Source: Chiloscyllium plagiosum
Taxonomy: Eukaryota
Assembly (NCBI RefSeq): GCF_004010195.1
Contig: NC_057725.1
Location: 20,424,553 to 20,484,733, forward strand
Direction: 5' to 3'
Length of the DNA: 60,181 nt
Below the pieces are notes generated by a model that saw nothing but the letters and a program-made list of their open reading frames with translations, had not been told where the DNA came from and did not search any database. Below, piece by piece: positions 1 through 12,455 of the stretch (position 1 is its first letter; every line of letters starts with the position of its first letter). Position numbers and translations under genes: made by a program.

Positions 1-247
1 GACAATGACATGGTCATGGGTATAATATTTAAAGTGGGCAGAATATTGAAACCCGGGCCTTTTTTTTGCAATTATTTTAAATGTGTCAATTTAGTTAAAA
101 GAGATTTTCATTCCAACATACAAAGTTGACTCAAGTGGCTTTTAGGAGGGGTAGGGTGCTGCCAAGGTGTTTTCTGAGTAGGAGCACAGAACGAGGAGGA
201 AAAAGAAAAAGCTTCATAGATGTACAGCTTTAAAAGATATTATTTTA

Positions 248-421
<174 letters not shown>

Positions 422-698
422 TTAAAATTTGATATTTCTAAGATTTACGTATAGTGCAAAATGTTACCTGTATTTTGTCTAAGACATTATAAAAGTGTGT
501 TAAATTTGAAACAAATTCTTAAAAATACAATTGAGCCAAGACAGAAATGTTAGACAACTTATAACATACTCAGTTACATTTTAACACCCTACTTTTCGTG
601 TGATTAGAGGCCATAAGCACAGCATAATAGTTTTAAATCACATTAGTTGCTCACCACATAATTAACTTTGGGAATTATAATACTGTAAACAATGATCA

Positions 699-795
699 GT
701 TCGAGATAAGCCCTTTATTCCTGATGAAGGGCTTATGCCCGAAACATCGACTCTCCTGCTCCTCAGATGCTGCCTGACCTACACTTTTCCACAAC
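699..795 (+). mobile_element. Penelope-like terminal fragment with minimal hammerhead motif
   Basis: CTGATGA-A-GGGC(TTAT)GCCC-GAAAC-ATC at 721-748, followed by the family tail GATGCTGCCTGACCT. Confidence 0.7.
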
Positions 796-1472
796 AATCG
801 GTGTTTGGCTATTCCATGAAAGTCCCATGTTCTTGATTTCAGCAAAGAAAAGATCATAAAGCATGAATGGAGAAAAGGTGATCTGGCTGATCAAACCTAC
901 TCCTTCCCCAAACAATATACATCGACTCAATCTTGAACTTCACCACAGTTATTCACAAACCAATCTAAATAACAAAACATTTAGTCATCTACACAATTCA
1001 ACAGTGGCCTGATAGAATCTATCGACTATTATTTGCCCACCCCCACAACAGTCATCCTAGTTGCTACATCCTATTTCTGATGCTCAACGAACTGTAAGTC
1101 AACATTCTGATTAGAACTCTACCAGAATTCCACGTGTAACATAGCACATAACTTCGTCTTTCAAATGTTTCCTGTCTCAACAGTTCTTTGCAGCTTTTAC
1201 TTCTACCTCAAATTCTGCTCACAACCAGACAATGCCTACTCTTAAAAATGTGTTAATTTACAGAAGATAAATGTCTTCTGCTAAGAATTTGTAAGTTGGT
1301 GTAATTTCTCACCCCATCTATTTTACTACCTGCACACTTGGCCTACAATGTTAAATAGTCTCTTGCCCGTGATTCAATTATTTTTGGTTCTCTGACTCAA
1401 TCTTGTTTTGCTTAGAAATTGGCTGGTAATAAACGTCTTCTCATAACATTTCATCCAATTTATTCAACTCAC

Positions 1473-1598
1473 CTCTCTCTCATACCAGTTTGCAACCTGG
1501 AACACAGGTACCAGGGAATCCAGTGGTGTCAACTCATCAGTGTAAGTCTTCACACGGATACGAGAGTTAAATTGCAGCGAAAGCAGGTTATATACAAT
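1473..1598 (-). CDS. NDUFS3: NDUFS3 coding exon 5
   Basis: 126 nt, cag/gtgagt; [42 protein letters not shown]. Confidence 0.96.
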
Positions 1599-1744
1599 CT
1601 GTTGGAAAGTGAGAACAGAAGAGATCTTAAAATTAAATCTCAACATCTGCATGGGGTAATCCAAACCCCAATCAAATTGAAGTTCTTCCACAATTTATCC
1701 AATTCCCAATACTATGTTTTAAGTCAATACCTACTTTATAGCAA

Positions 1745-1940
1745 GGAGAAAGTGAGGGTTGCAGATGCTGGAGATCAGAGCTGAAAATGTGTTGCTGGAA
1801 AAGCGCAGCAGGTCAGGCAGCATCCAAGGAACAGGAGAATCGACGTTTCGGGCATAAGGGCTTATGCCCGAAACGTCGATTCTCCTGTTCCTTGGATGCT
1901 GCCTGACCTGCTGCGCTTTTCCAGCAACACATTTTCAGCT
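1745..1940. mobile_element. Fold-back non-autonomous Penelope-like insertion (perfect palindrome) with TSD
   Basis: Arms 1779-1858 and 1861-1940 are exact reverse complements; direct repeat ACTTTATAGCAA at 1733-1744 and 1941-1952. Confidence 0.85.
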
Positions 1941-2559
1941 ACTTTATAGCAAACCCATCGTAACAAAGGGGATCTGACAAGCATTTTGGCATTTCTGCTA
2001 TTATTTTTAGGTTATTTTTAAATGACTAATCTTATACTTTTTTTTAAAAAGAGGTTTCTGAGACCAGTTATTATGAGAAAGGACTGGTTCACAGTTCAGT
2101 CTGACACTACTATAATGTGATAGAGTCACAATAAAATTTCAGCTTAGACAGTGATGTGGTCTAACTCAAGCTATATACTTCTCAATATTCAGAATGAGAA
2201 ACACTCAAAGACTTCTCATTTATAGGTTTTAGACTTCAATTGTCTCTACCTTGTCTCTTATTTTGTTTTCTCAAGACTAGATTTTTTCGCTGTACAAACC
2301 TGATTGGGAAGATTTTGTTCATCTTGAGTTGATAGAATTAACCTTTTCTTCTCTCCAATCATCTTCAGTCTATCGTTGAACATACTTTTCTTAACCAACA
2401 TGATATAATTTGCACAAGCTTCACAGTCCATAACACTTTTTACATCAATTTTTATTCAACTCCCTTATCTCAAGTTTTGGGTCTTATCTCTTGAATGGAT
2501 GCCAATTTTCCAATTTGTGCTTTTGCATGTACATTAAATTCTGTGTCTGTAAGGTCTCA

Positions 2560-4460
2560 GTAACAGGAGTAGGTCACTTAGAATATCAAGCCTGCTCTGC
2601 CATTTAGCAAGAAGATAGCTGCTTAAACATAGAACATAACAGTGTAGTACAGACCCTTCAACTCTCAATGTTGCGCCAACCTGAGAAACCAACCGGAAGC
2701 CCATCTAACCTACACTGTTCATTTTCATCCATATGTCTATCCAATAAATATGTCTAAACAATTCATGTCTTTTACCCTCACTGTTCTCATAACCCTTTAC
2801 ACCATTGATAATCAAAGATTCAACAATCTCGACTTTAACTGTACTCAAATATTGATCTTCCAGAAAAAATTGGGGTAAACAAAAATTCTGAACAGTCCTA
2901 AATAGTATCTACCTTATTTTTAAAATTGTACCCCCAGTTCCCAATTGCCCAACCAGGTGGAACATTTTATCTGCATCTACCCTCTTTTTCTCTTCAATTA
3001 GATCATCTCTCATTCTTCCGAATTTGAGACAAGGCCCATTTTGTTCAATCTCTCATCAACCAGTCTCACAATCCCAGAAACAAGTCTGGTGAATCTTCAC
3101 TTCACTCCCTCTATGGCAAGAGCATCTTTTCTGAGATAAGGAGATCAAAACTGGACACAGTTCTTCAAGTGCAGTCTAACCAAGCTGCTAAACAATTGAA
3201 GCACAACTTCAATACTCCTGTATTCAAATCCTCATATAATGAGGGCTACTGTTTCATTGCCCAATCACCTGCATTTTAGCCTTCAGTGACTTAATGCCAA
3301 GAACAACCTAGTCCCTTTGCACAACTACACTTTCCACTTTGCAATCTCACCATTTAAGAAATATTCTGCACATGTTTCTCCAACCAAAATGGATACCCTC
3401 ATACTTTTCCACATTATTTTCCATTTGTCTCACTCTTAATCAATCACTAAATTCTCATTTAAACAAACCGCTCAAAGAACTGTGAATGTGGAAATCAAAA
3501 ACTAAATCAGAAATTGCTGAAAAAACCTAAGGTAGTATCTGTGGAGAGAAAGCAGAGTTAAAGTTTCAGATTCAGTGACCCTTCTGACCCACAGAATAGT
3601 CACTGCACCCAAAACATTAACTCTGCTTTCTCTCCACAAATCCTTCTCAAAATGGTTTACATCTTCCTCACTTCTGCTTAGCTTTCTATCATCTGCAAAC
3701 CTGAAAATATTACATTTGGTTCCCACATTAAAATCATTACAACTGGGGCCTCAAGTATTGATTCTTGCACACTCCACTAGTCACACTCCACCTATGTGAG
3801 AATAACCTATTACTGATCTGCTTTGTATTTGTTAGTCAATCCTTAATCCATGCTTCTACTTTATCTCCAATCCCAACAGGTTTAATTTTATTAACCAATC
3901 TCCTGTGGGGAACCTTATCAAAATCCAAATTTACTACATCATCAACTCCCCTTCATCAATTTTGTTAGTTACATCCTCAAAAACTAGACTATCAGGTTCC
4001 AGGGACTTTTAACTTTCCACCCCACTAATTTCTCCAGAACTATCTTCTTACTAATTCTAATTTTCTACAGATCCTCATACTCCTTAGTCACTAGGATCTC
4101 TGACTCTAGGAGATTTCTTGTACCTTCTTCAGTGAAAATAGACATAAAGTACTAATTTAGTTTCTCTGCCATTTCTTTATTCCCCATTAAAATTCTCCTG
4201 ACTTTGATTTTAATGGACCCACATTGTCTTAATCAAATGTCTCTTTTTTATAAACTGTAGAGGTTTGTGTAGCTGATTTGTTATGTGGTTTGCTAGATTG
4301 TATTCCTATTTGATTCTTCCTTTGCCGATCAGACTTCTTGGTCCTTCTTTGCTGCATTGAAAAGACTTCTCAATCCTCAGATTTATTACTATCTGGCCAT
4401 TTATAAGCCTTATCTTTTAATCTTATACAATCTTTAACTTTGTCAGCCACTGGTCACTGA
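2560..4460 (-). mobile_element. Decayed CR1-clade LINE fragments
   Basis: RT remnant FRFADDRKL (YADD motif) in ORF 3502..3726; AFDKVP-like and MGNKEMAE-like segments. Confidence 0.7.
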
Positions 4461-4513
4461 CCTATTTTGAATCTTGAGCATAGAAAAGACATTAAGGGAT
4501 ATCTAGGATTGGA

Positions 4514-4705
4514 GGAGAAAGTGAGGACTGCAGATGCTGGAGATCAGAGCTGAAAATGTGTTGCTGGAAAAGCGCAGCAGGTCAGGCAGCATCCAAGGAA
4601 CAGGCGAATCGACGTTTCCTGAAGAAGGGCTTATGCCCGAAACGTCGATTCTCCTGTTCCTTGGATGCTGCCTGACCTGCTGCGCTTTTCCAGCAACACA
4701 TTTTC
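4514..4705. mobile_element. Fold-back Penelope-like insertion with hammerhead core in the loop and 15-bp TSD
   Basis: ATATCTAGGATTGGA at 4499-4513 and 4706-4720; inverted arms about 4551-4618 / 4639-4706 with one mismatch; CTGAAGA-A-GGGCTTATGCCC-GAAAC-GTC at 4619-4646. Confidence 0.85.
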
Positions 4706-4720
4706 ATATCTAGGATTGGA

Positions 4721-5602
4721 TAAAGTGAAAAAGGGAAGCTCATGGTAGATACCAAGAGCACAAATCTGCAGACTCTCACCAGAAGTACAGAATGTGCAAG
4801 GGGAAATTTAAAAAGGGAATTAGGAGAACAAATGGAAGCATGAAAGAATAGTGGCAGGTAAAACAAAGGACAGTCCTAAATTATTTTACAGGTACATTAT
4901 GGGTAAAAGAAGTACTAGGGAAAGAATAGAGTCCATTAAGGACTACAGTGCTAATCTGCACGGAGCTGGAGGATCTAGATAGTAAACTAAATCAATACTG
5001 AGTCAGTGTTCACAAGTGAGTAGGACGACGTGGGTACAGAATACAGGTTTATAAAAACAGTCTGTGATATATTTATAGTAATCAGCCAAAGACAGTGAAA
5101 TTCTCAGAGTTCTGGCAGATTTAAAATTGGATAAATCTCTAAGGCTGGGTGAGACAAATCCCAGGCTGTTGAGTGAGGCACATCAATAGCAGGAACACTG
5201 TGCCTCCGGACACAGGAAAGATGCCAAAGGACTGGAAGACAGCTAATGTGGTACTAGCTTAATCAAGAAGGGAGCAAGAGATGGAATATGATTGAGGGAC
5301 ATAGACAGGGTAGACAGAAAGGTGGTTTCCACTTGGTGGAAGGATCAATGACAAGGATGCAAAGATTTGATGTAAAGAGCAGCAGATTTAAAGGGGATAA
5401 GAGGAAATTGTTTTTGAGAAGGTGGTGGGAATCTGGAACTCACCACCAGAAAGGGTGGTAGAAGCAGGAACCCTCAATATTTAAAAAATATTTAGATGCA
5501 CACTTATGATGCCAAGGCATCCAAGGTTATTGGCCAAGGAGGACTTGATAGGGCAAATGGCTTTTTTCTGTGTTATAATAGTATAAAATCTCTATGACTC
5601 TA
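4721..5602 (+). mobile_element. Decayed CR1 LINE fragment with 3' tail
   Basis: DWKTANVV-like segment; ends CTCTATGACTCTAT. Confidence 0.7.
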
Positions 5603-6264
5603 TATTTTAACAATTCATCTTCCAGCTGGTAACCTTATTGTCTCTGCTGGAATTCAAAACATGAGATTCTGTGTGGAGCAATCATCCCACCAAGTAATAT
5701 GAGTATTAATCCTCTTTTGACAGATAGGAGTGAAAGAGCTTAAAACATAGACGGAGTGCTGGACCTACAGTAATGTCATTGACTCCTAACTGCCGTCTAG
5801 ACAACTCGCGATGGGCATTAATTACTTGTCTGGCGAGTGACACCCACATCTAGAGATTGAACAAAAAAAAGCACAGCAGGTCCGTCACCATCTGTATAGG
5901 GGAAAGAGAATTCTGACGGAGGATCACTTGACTCGCAATGTCAATTGTTTTCTTTCTACAGATGCTGCCAGACCTGCTGTGCTTCTCAAAAACTCTTTTT
6001 GCTTCTGAGTTACAGCATCAGTAGTTTTTGTATTTATTTCAGAACTTAAGATTAGGATGCTTGACATGTTTGTCATCAGAATCTTTCAATATATACATTA
6101 TTGTTGAGTAAAGTTGTTCTCCAAAACAATAAAGAAAGCTTCCTTGTAACATCTTACATTTAATATTTGCAAACAAGCAAAATTATAAAGCTACAATAAA
6201 TGTACTATTTCATAGCACAATTGTAGTCACTTGTTTCACCCTCCCCAACCACTCCTTCAATTAC

Positions 6265-6414
6265 CTCAAATCTAAATTGACGAGAAGGGATATCAACTGC
6301 AGTTTCATCTACAAGAGATTTAAACTGAGCATTGGTATGATCTCGGAGGAACGTCATCACTGGTATTAAGCCATCTGGATGGATAAAAACCTCCAACTCG
6401 TTGAAACATGTCAC
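6265..6414 (-). CDS. NDUFS3: NDUFS3 coding exon 4
   Basis: 150 nt, tag/gtaatt; [50 protein letters not shown] (part of ORF 6205..6414). Confidence 0.95.
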
Positions 6415-6859
6415 CTATTTAAGAAAGACAAAGCAAACAGATATCACATTCACATACAGGCTTCATAAAATCATAACAGCATAACTTAAAACAGTATATA
6501 ATAACAAACAAATGAAACAAATTAATGGCAAAAAATTATTTTCCCTTTCAGTTTATCACCATTACTTTGGCCATTGGATGTATTTAGGGGTTAAATAAGA
6601 CAAATTGAAGGAATTAGGAAAGGATTTTTTTTTTTAAACAGCTCTCCACATCTAACACTTGCACAATAATGACAGTGAGACATCTTCAAAACATTGCTTG
6701 GATGAAAAACCCTGCTTGTTATTTTAAATGACGATTGCCTCCTATCAATCCAATCACTTCTGTGGTGGGATAGTACTAAATGCCAATATCAGATATTTGA
6801 TTGGATTTATTAAACTCAACAACGCGATTTATGTTTCGGTATCATTCTGACACACTTAC

Positions 6860-6957
6860 CTGCACCTGTTGGACATATTTGGGAAGAATTTCAGCAACAT
6901 ATTCACCAAATGCAGAGAGCTGGCTGTGCTGTAGTTCATTCTTTGGTCGGACAGTAG
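6860..6957 (-). CDS. NDUFS3: NDUFS3 coding exon 3
   Basis: 98 nt, cag/gtaagt; [32 protein letters not shown], near-identical to vertebrate NDUFS3. Confidence 0.95.
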
Positions 6958-8019
6958 CTGCGAGGCAAAGTGTAGCACTGCTACATTAAATTTCACTGAT
7001 GCATTCCCTATGATATTGTCTACCAATAAGAAAGCTCACATTTCTTGGTTCATTTGGAAGGATATAATAATATAAACAGATTGTAAAGTTTTATAAGTGA
7101 CCTAAGTAGCAATAAATAACAGCTGCTCAAACAAGTCATATGCAGAGTATTCTGTTGTGAGTGTCCCACCTCCTGATCCCCAAAGCTATTCCATTAACAA
7201 TTAGACATAGGTAAGGAGATTGAAGGAATATTCTCCACATCAGAACAGTTGCAGCACTAACACTATTCAAATGTTACCAGACCACCTGGATCAAAACACT
7301 TCTCTTGTTTGGCACCCTCTGCAGTCAAACATCCACTTTCTCCATCACAGTAGCCCACCTACAGTATGTTCTATCTAAGGATACAAAGCACAAATTAAAT
7401 AAGTATTAAATCTGCAGGACACATCAAATTTATGATCCACATCGAAGAACAAGGGAACACCATCATTGTTAGGTTCTGCTCCATGGCACACAGCACCCTG
7501 ACCTGGACACACAACTTAATCTTTATTGTCACTGAGTCAAAATATTGGAACTCTGTCTCAGAAAGGATAGCATCGATACCTAGAACATTGACTGCAGAGT
7601 TCAAGGTGGTATTGTCTCAAAGGCAACTAAGGAAATAAAGGTAGCCTTGCCAGCAATGCACTCATGCTAAACAATGATGGAGGAAATACCCCAAGTTAAG
7701 CATTCAAATGTCAAAAAGTTATGATCAAATCTGTACTAAAAACTATCAGTTCAAAAAGTGTGACTTCTCTGACCCTGAACACTTGGTTATATGGTGTTTT
7801 TCTGAGCCCTTGGTAGTTGTTCTTCATGATGATTTATATTTTACTGTAAGGTGTGCGCACAGTGGAAGTTAATTATTCCTCCTAAGCATAAGCCTGAGCA
7901 AAATTAACAAAGGCCCACAGCTCACTGAACGTCCTAACTCCCACCTCTACCTCCACCTTCTTATTTGGGTCCAAAACAATCCAGAGCATTGACTTGCTTG
8001 TCAGAGTTGCCAGAACAGT

Positions 8020-8684
8020 TGTGACAATGCTGCTCCTTTAACAAGGTTATGTTGTCCTTGGTTTTTGTTTCAGAGAGGTCACAAAGACACAGACTTTAAA
8101 AACTCTGTGTTTGGATGGGCTTTAGAGCCAATTTGATTAAAGGTAACAGATTCTGCAGCAGGCAAAAGGCTTTCAAGTTTTTTTTTAAAAGCATTTGCAC
8201 AATAAAAAGGAAGTGACCAGTTCTCCCAGCTCAGCTTTTCTCTGGTTTGATTTGGTTTTGGCAGTCTAATGTTTCTCTGAAAGCAATCAAGCAGTTGAAA
8301 AAGCTGCTGGACCTAAAGAAGCAGGTCCAGGCTAATCCTCCTCTCTCTCTGACAACTCTCCTGTAAGACCCTATGTTTGATTTTACCTTTTGTGCCAAAG
8401 GGTGTTTATGGGGATTGTTGCAAGTATGTGGAACAACATGATCCAAGTCGGGATAATTCATTGGGTTTTCCGATAGGTTAAGATATTCTGTATTCTACCC
8501 TCTTTTGTTTGTGTTTCATTCAGTAATCTTGTAAATAAATTCTGTTTTATTTAAAACTATGCAGTGTGACCAGCAGCATCTCTTCTTGAATATCCACTTT
8601 ACACCTGCTTAAAACAACTAACAAAGTTAGGGTCTGGACTAATTTCTTGAAATGTTTTGAGGGAGTCTGGCCTGGTCCATAACA
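8020..8684 (+). mobile_element. Possible solo LTR
   Basis: TGT...ACA termini, about 665 bp, AATAAA near 8534; no convincing TSD. Confidence 0.35.
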
Positions 8685-9247
8685 AATTGACAAGAATTAG
8701 ACATCAGTAATCTTTGGGCCCCACTCCAAGCATTTAATCAGGACTTGTTCCCATATGCTTCAACTGTCTCTCTTTGTGAGGTATCCATAAGGGAGTGAAT
8801 CTATCTGTCCATAGGTGGAAGATGGCTTCACAAGTGTCAGGTGTGACCATGTTCGCAGGCTTTCATACTGTATGTCTTGGGCCAAATTCATTCCAGGTTT
8901 CTCTGATGTTTTAGCCTGGGACCAGGAGGGACCCAGTTTCCATATAGCGCTATGAGGAGGCACAGCCGAGAACAAGCTGAAGGACAGACTGTGTACGGAC
9001 ACAGGAAAAGCTTACATATTTGGCCCTTGTTTTGATTTTTACACCAGTGGTGTAGCCTGAAAATGAGAAGCAAGGTAACTCTCTTCCACACAGTGGACAC
9101 ATTACTTGCAGTTTTGGTCTCTTTCAAATACAGAAGAGTAATATTTATATTCACTTTAAAATTGCATACATAGTAGGAAACTCACGTCATAAATAGGTTC
9201 ATTATGCAATTCACATACAACTGAAATGTAGCTTGGCCTTTACTTAC

Positions 9248-9310
9248 GCCGAGACTCAGAAATGGATCCCTCAAACCTGACCTGAGAGGCCACAGCACCA
9301 CCACCAGGAC
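9248..9310 (-). CDS. NDUFS3: NDUFS3 coding exon 2
   Basis: ttcattatag acceptor and gtaagt donor; 63 nt, phase 1-1; (G)PGGGAVASQVRFEGSISESR(P) resembles the human VRRESAGADTRP region as recalled. Confidence 0.8.
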
Positions 9311-9796
9311 CTATAATGAAAGCACAATGACAAGAATTTTACACCACAAATGTACAATAAAACAAAACAGTTTCAAGATAACGAGCCATTATCTCCATAC
9401 CCCTAAATACAATAGCTACGTATATTAAAGATTAAAAAGTTAATGGAATCTGAATTGCATAATGAAAACCTATAGAAATAACAGCAACATTTTGAGGAAG
9501 CAACCTTTGCAAGTGAAATAATAAAAAGAATAACATTTCAATAAGATAGTTAGCATTGGCACAGAGTCATGAAATTATATGTTGAAGCTACATTATAAAA
9601 ATATTGTGTCCACTTTATGCTGAGGGGAGTGCTGCATCAGAGGTTTTCCTGACAGACGTTAAAGCAAGGCCTTGTTTGCCTGCATACTTCGATGTTCAAA
9701 AATTCCACAGCATTGTATCAGGAACAGAGTTGCCCCAGTATCTATAGAATCAAAGAATGATGACATGAACAGTAGGAGTTTCAAGACTGCTTTTTT

Positions 9797-10108
9797 GGAT
9801 TAGATCCCCTACAGTGTGGAAACAGGCCATTCGGCCCAACAAGCCCACACTGACCCTCTGTAGAGCAACCCACCCAGACCCATTCACCCTGAATGATGCC
9901 CCTAACACTACGGGCAATTTAGCATGGCCAATTCACCTGACCTGCACATCTTTGGACTTTGGGAGGAAACCGGAGCACCCGGAAGAAACCCACGTAGACA
10001 CAAGGAGAATGTGCAAACTCCACACAGACAGCTGCCCGATGCAGGGATTGAACTCGGGTCCCTGGTGCTGTGAGGTAGCAGTGCTAATCACTGAGCCACC
10101 ATGCCACA
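9797..10108 (-). mobile_element. tRNA-derived V-SINE (shark HE1-like)
   Basis: Reverse complement of the A/B-box head, V-domain core TGTGTGGAGTTTGCACATTCTCC, and CCTGTTTCCACACTG tail. Confidence 0.85.
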
Positions 10109-10303
10109 TTATAAAATGTGCACTGTAATATAATGTAATCAGAACATTCTGAAAGGCTGATGAAATCTTAACACTTAATAGCCCATGTATTCAGGTTGTC
10201 CTTTTTTTGGGGGGGGGTCTCAAACAGAAACCTACTGAAATATCAAGTTACATTCTGAACTTCTTTACATGGTATCCCATGGAAAAAGGATAGCTGCTTT
10301 ATA

Positions 10304-10394
10304 CAACCACCTGATGAAGGAGCAGTGCTCCGAAAGCTAGTGCTTCCAAATAAACCTGCTGATCTATAATGTGGTCTTGTGTGATTTTTAACTT
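10304..10394 (+). mobile_element. 91-bp Penelope-like mini-insertion (second family) with hammerhead motif and TSD
   Basis: TGCTTTATA at 10295-10303 and 10395-10403; CAC-CTGATGA-A-GGAGC(AGT)GCTCC-GAAAG-CTA-GTG; the same tail is seen near 47930 and 55040. Confidence 0.75.
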
Positions 10395-10743
10395 TGCTTT
10401 ATAACAAGCAGTGAAACAACAGACCTTCTTCTGTTCACAATCAAGCAGGATGCTAGCATGAGATTATTTTCTGTTTAGGAAACAAGGAACAGAATAGACA
10501 GGACTCTTGGATGTTGAAAACACAAGGAGTAATTGAGGTGAATCCAGAACATAGCAACCTAATGTGTTAGGGGAAAAGTGAGGAGATCCAGGTGATAGTT
10601 TGGACCAGTGACCAAAATGCCAAATTTCTGCCAGATGTGTGGTGCACATCAAAAGGGCTCATAAAATATATTGCAATTACATTAGTTCATGTGAAAGTGT
10701 AATTTTAGTTTAGATTGATGTATTAGCTAACTACTAAGTAACG

Positions 10744-11055
10744 TTTGATTTAGATTAGATTAGATTAGACTCCCCAGTGTGGAAACAGGCCCTTCGGCCT
10801 AACCAGTCCACACAGACCCTCCGAAGAGTAACCCACCCAGACCCATTTCCCTTTGACTAATGCACCTAACACTATGAGCAATTTTGCATAGAAAATTCAA
10901 CTGACCTACACATCTTTGGATTATGGGAAGAAACCCACGCAGACACGGGGAGAATGTGCAAACTCCACACAGACAGTTGCCCGAGGCTGGAATCGAACCT
11001 AGGTCCCTGGTGCTGTGAGGCAGCAATGCTGACCACTGAGCCACCATGCTGCCCC
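10744..11055 (-). mobile_element. V-SINE (HE1-like)
   Basis: Same consensus, with (AATCT)n tail and a short internal deletion. Confidence 0.85.
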
Positions 11056-11109
11056 TATGTTGAGTTTTGTTTGCTACTGTAAAAGTCTCAAGATCTAAAC
11101 CAAGTCCTA

Positions 11110-12455
11110 GAGATTTACAGCACGGAAACATACCCTTTGAAGCCTCTACCACTTCCTCTGGCAGCTCATTCCATACATTCACCATCCTGTGTGAAAACAT
11201 TGTCCCTTTGGTCCCTTTTATATCTTTCCCCGTCACCCTAAATCTATGCCCTCGTGTTCTGGACTCCCCAAACCCAGGGAAAAGTTCTTGTCTATTTACC
11301 CTATCCATGCCCTTCATGACTTTATAAACATCAAAATCATTTATATAAATAATGAAAAGCAATGGACCCAGCACAGATCCTTGTGGCACACCACTGGTAC
11401 ATGCATCCAGTCTGAAAAGCAACCCTCCACGACCACCCTCTGTCTTTGACCTTCAAGCCAGTTCTGTATCCAAATGGCTAGTTCTCCCTGTATTCCATTT
11501 TGTTCTAACCTTGCAAACCAGTGTCCCATGAGGAACTTTGTCAAATGCCTTACTGAAGTCCACACAGATCATGTCTACCACTCTGCCCTCATCAATCCTC
11601 TTTGTTACTTCAAAACATTCAGTCAGGTTCGTGAGACATGATTCCCCATGCACAAAGCCATGCTGACAACCTTTCCTGAAGAAGGGCTTATGCCTGAAAC
11701 GTCGATTCTCCTGCTCCTTGGATGCTGCCTGACCTGCTGCGCTTTTCCAGCAACACATTTTTAAGCTCTGATCTCCAGCATCTGCAGTCCTCACTTTCTC
11801 CTCCTTTACAAATACATGTAAATCCTGTGCCTCAGGAATCCCTCTGACAACTTGCCCACTACCAATGGCAGGCTCACCAGTCTATAGTTCCCTGGCTTGT
11901 CCTTACCACCTTAAATAGTGGTACCATGTTAGCTAACCTCCAGTCTTCTGGCACCTCACCTGTGACTATCAATGATACAAATATCTCAGCAAAGGGTCCA
12001 GCAATCACTTCCTTAACTTCCCATAGAGTTCTAGGCTATACCTGATCAGGTCCTGGGGATTTATCCACTTTTATGCGATTCAAGACATCCAGCACCACCT
12101 CCTCTGTAATATGGACAATTTTCGAGATGTCATCACCTATTTCCCCACATTCTATATCTTCCATGTCCTTCTCCACAGTAAACACTGATGCAAAATACTT
12201 GTTTAGTATCTCCTCTATCTCCTGCAGCTCCACACATAGGCTGCCTGGCTGATCTTTGAGGGGCCCAATTCTCTCCAGAGTTACTCTTTTTTCCTTAATG
12301 TACTTATAAAATCCCTTTGGATTCTCCTTAACCCTATTTGCCAAAGCTCTCTCATGTCCCCTTTATGCCCTCTTTATTTCCCTCTTAAGTATACTCCTAC
12401 TGCCTTTATACTCTAAGGATTCATTCAATCTCTCCTGTCTATACCTGACATATGC
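11110..12455 (-). mobile_element. CR1 LINE ORF2 fragment (HER1-like)
   Basis: ENPKGFYKYIK..LNKYFASVFT..DKSPGPD; QHGFVHGESCLTNL..DFSKAFDKVPH; SGVPQGSVLGPLLFIIYIND. Confidence 0.9.
11671..11803 (+). mobile_element. Penelope-like terminal fragment with hammerhead motif, nested in a CR1
   Basis: CTGAAGAAGGGCTTATGCCTGAAACGTC at 11676-11703, plus a tail ending CCTCACTTTCTCCT. Confidence 0.75.

Noticed and set aside
1745-1940. Palindrome as a conserved miRNA gene or a classical DNA-transposon MITE
   Set aside because: The arms are the multicopy Penelope-like terminus and the TSD is long; nothing in the sequence alone supports a miRNA call.
2560-5602. Adjacent - and + CR1 fragments as one inverted insertion
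   Set aside because: The overlapping ORF2 segments look like different subfamilies, and no shared TSD was found.
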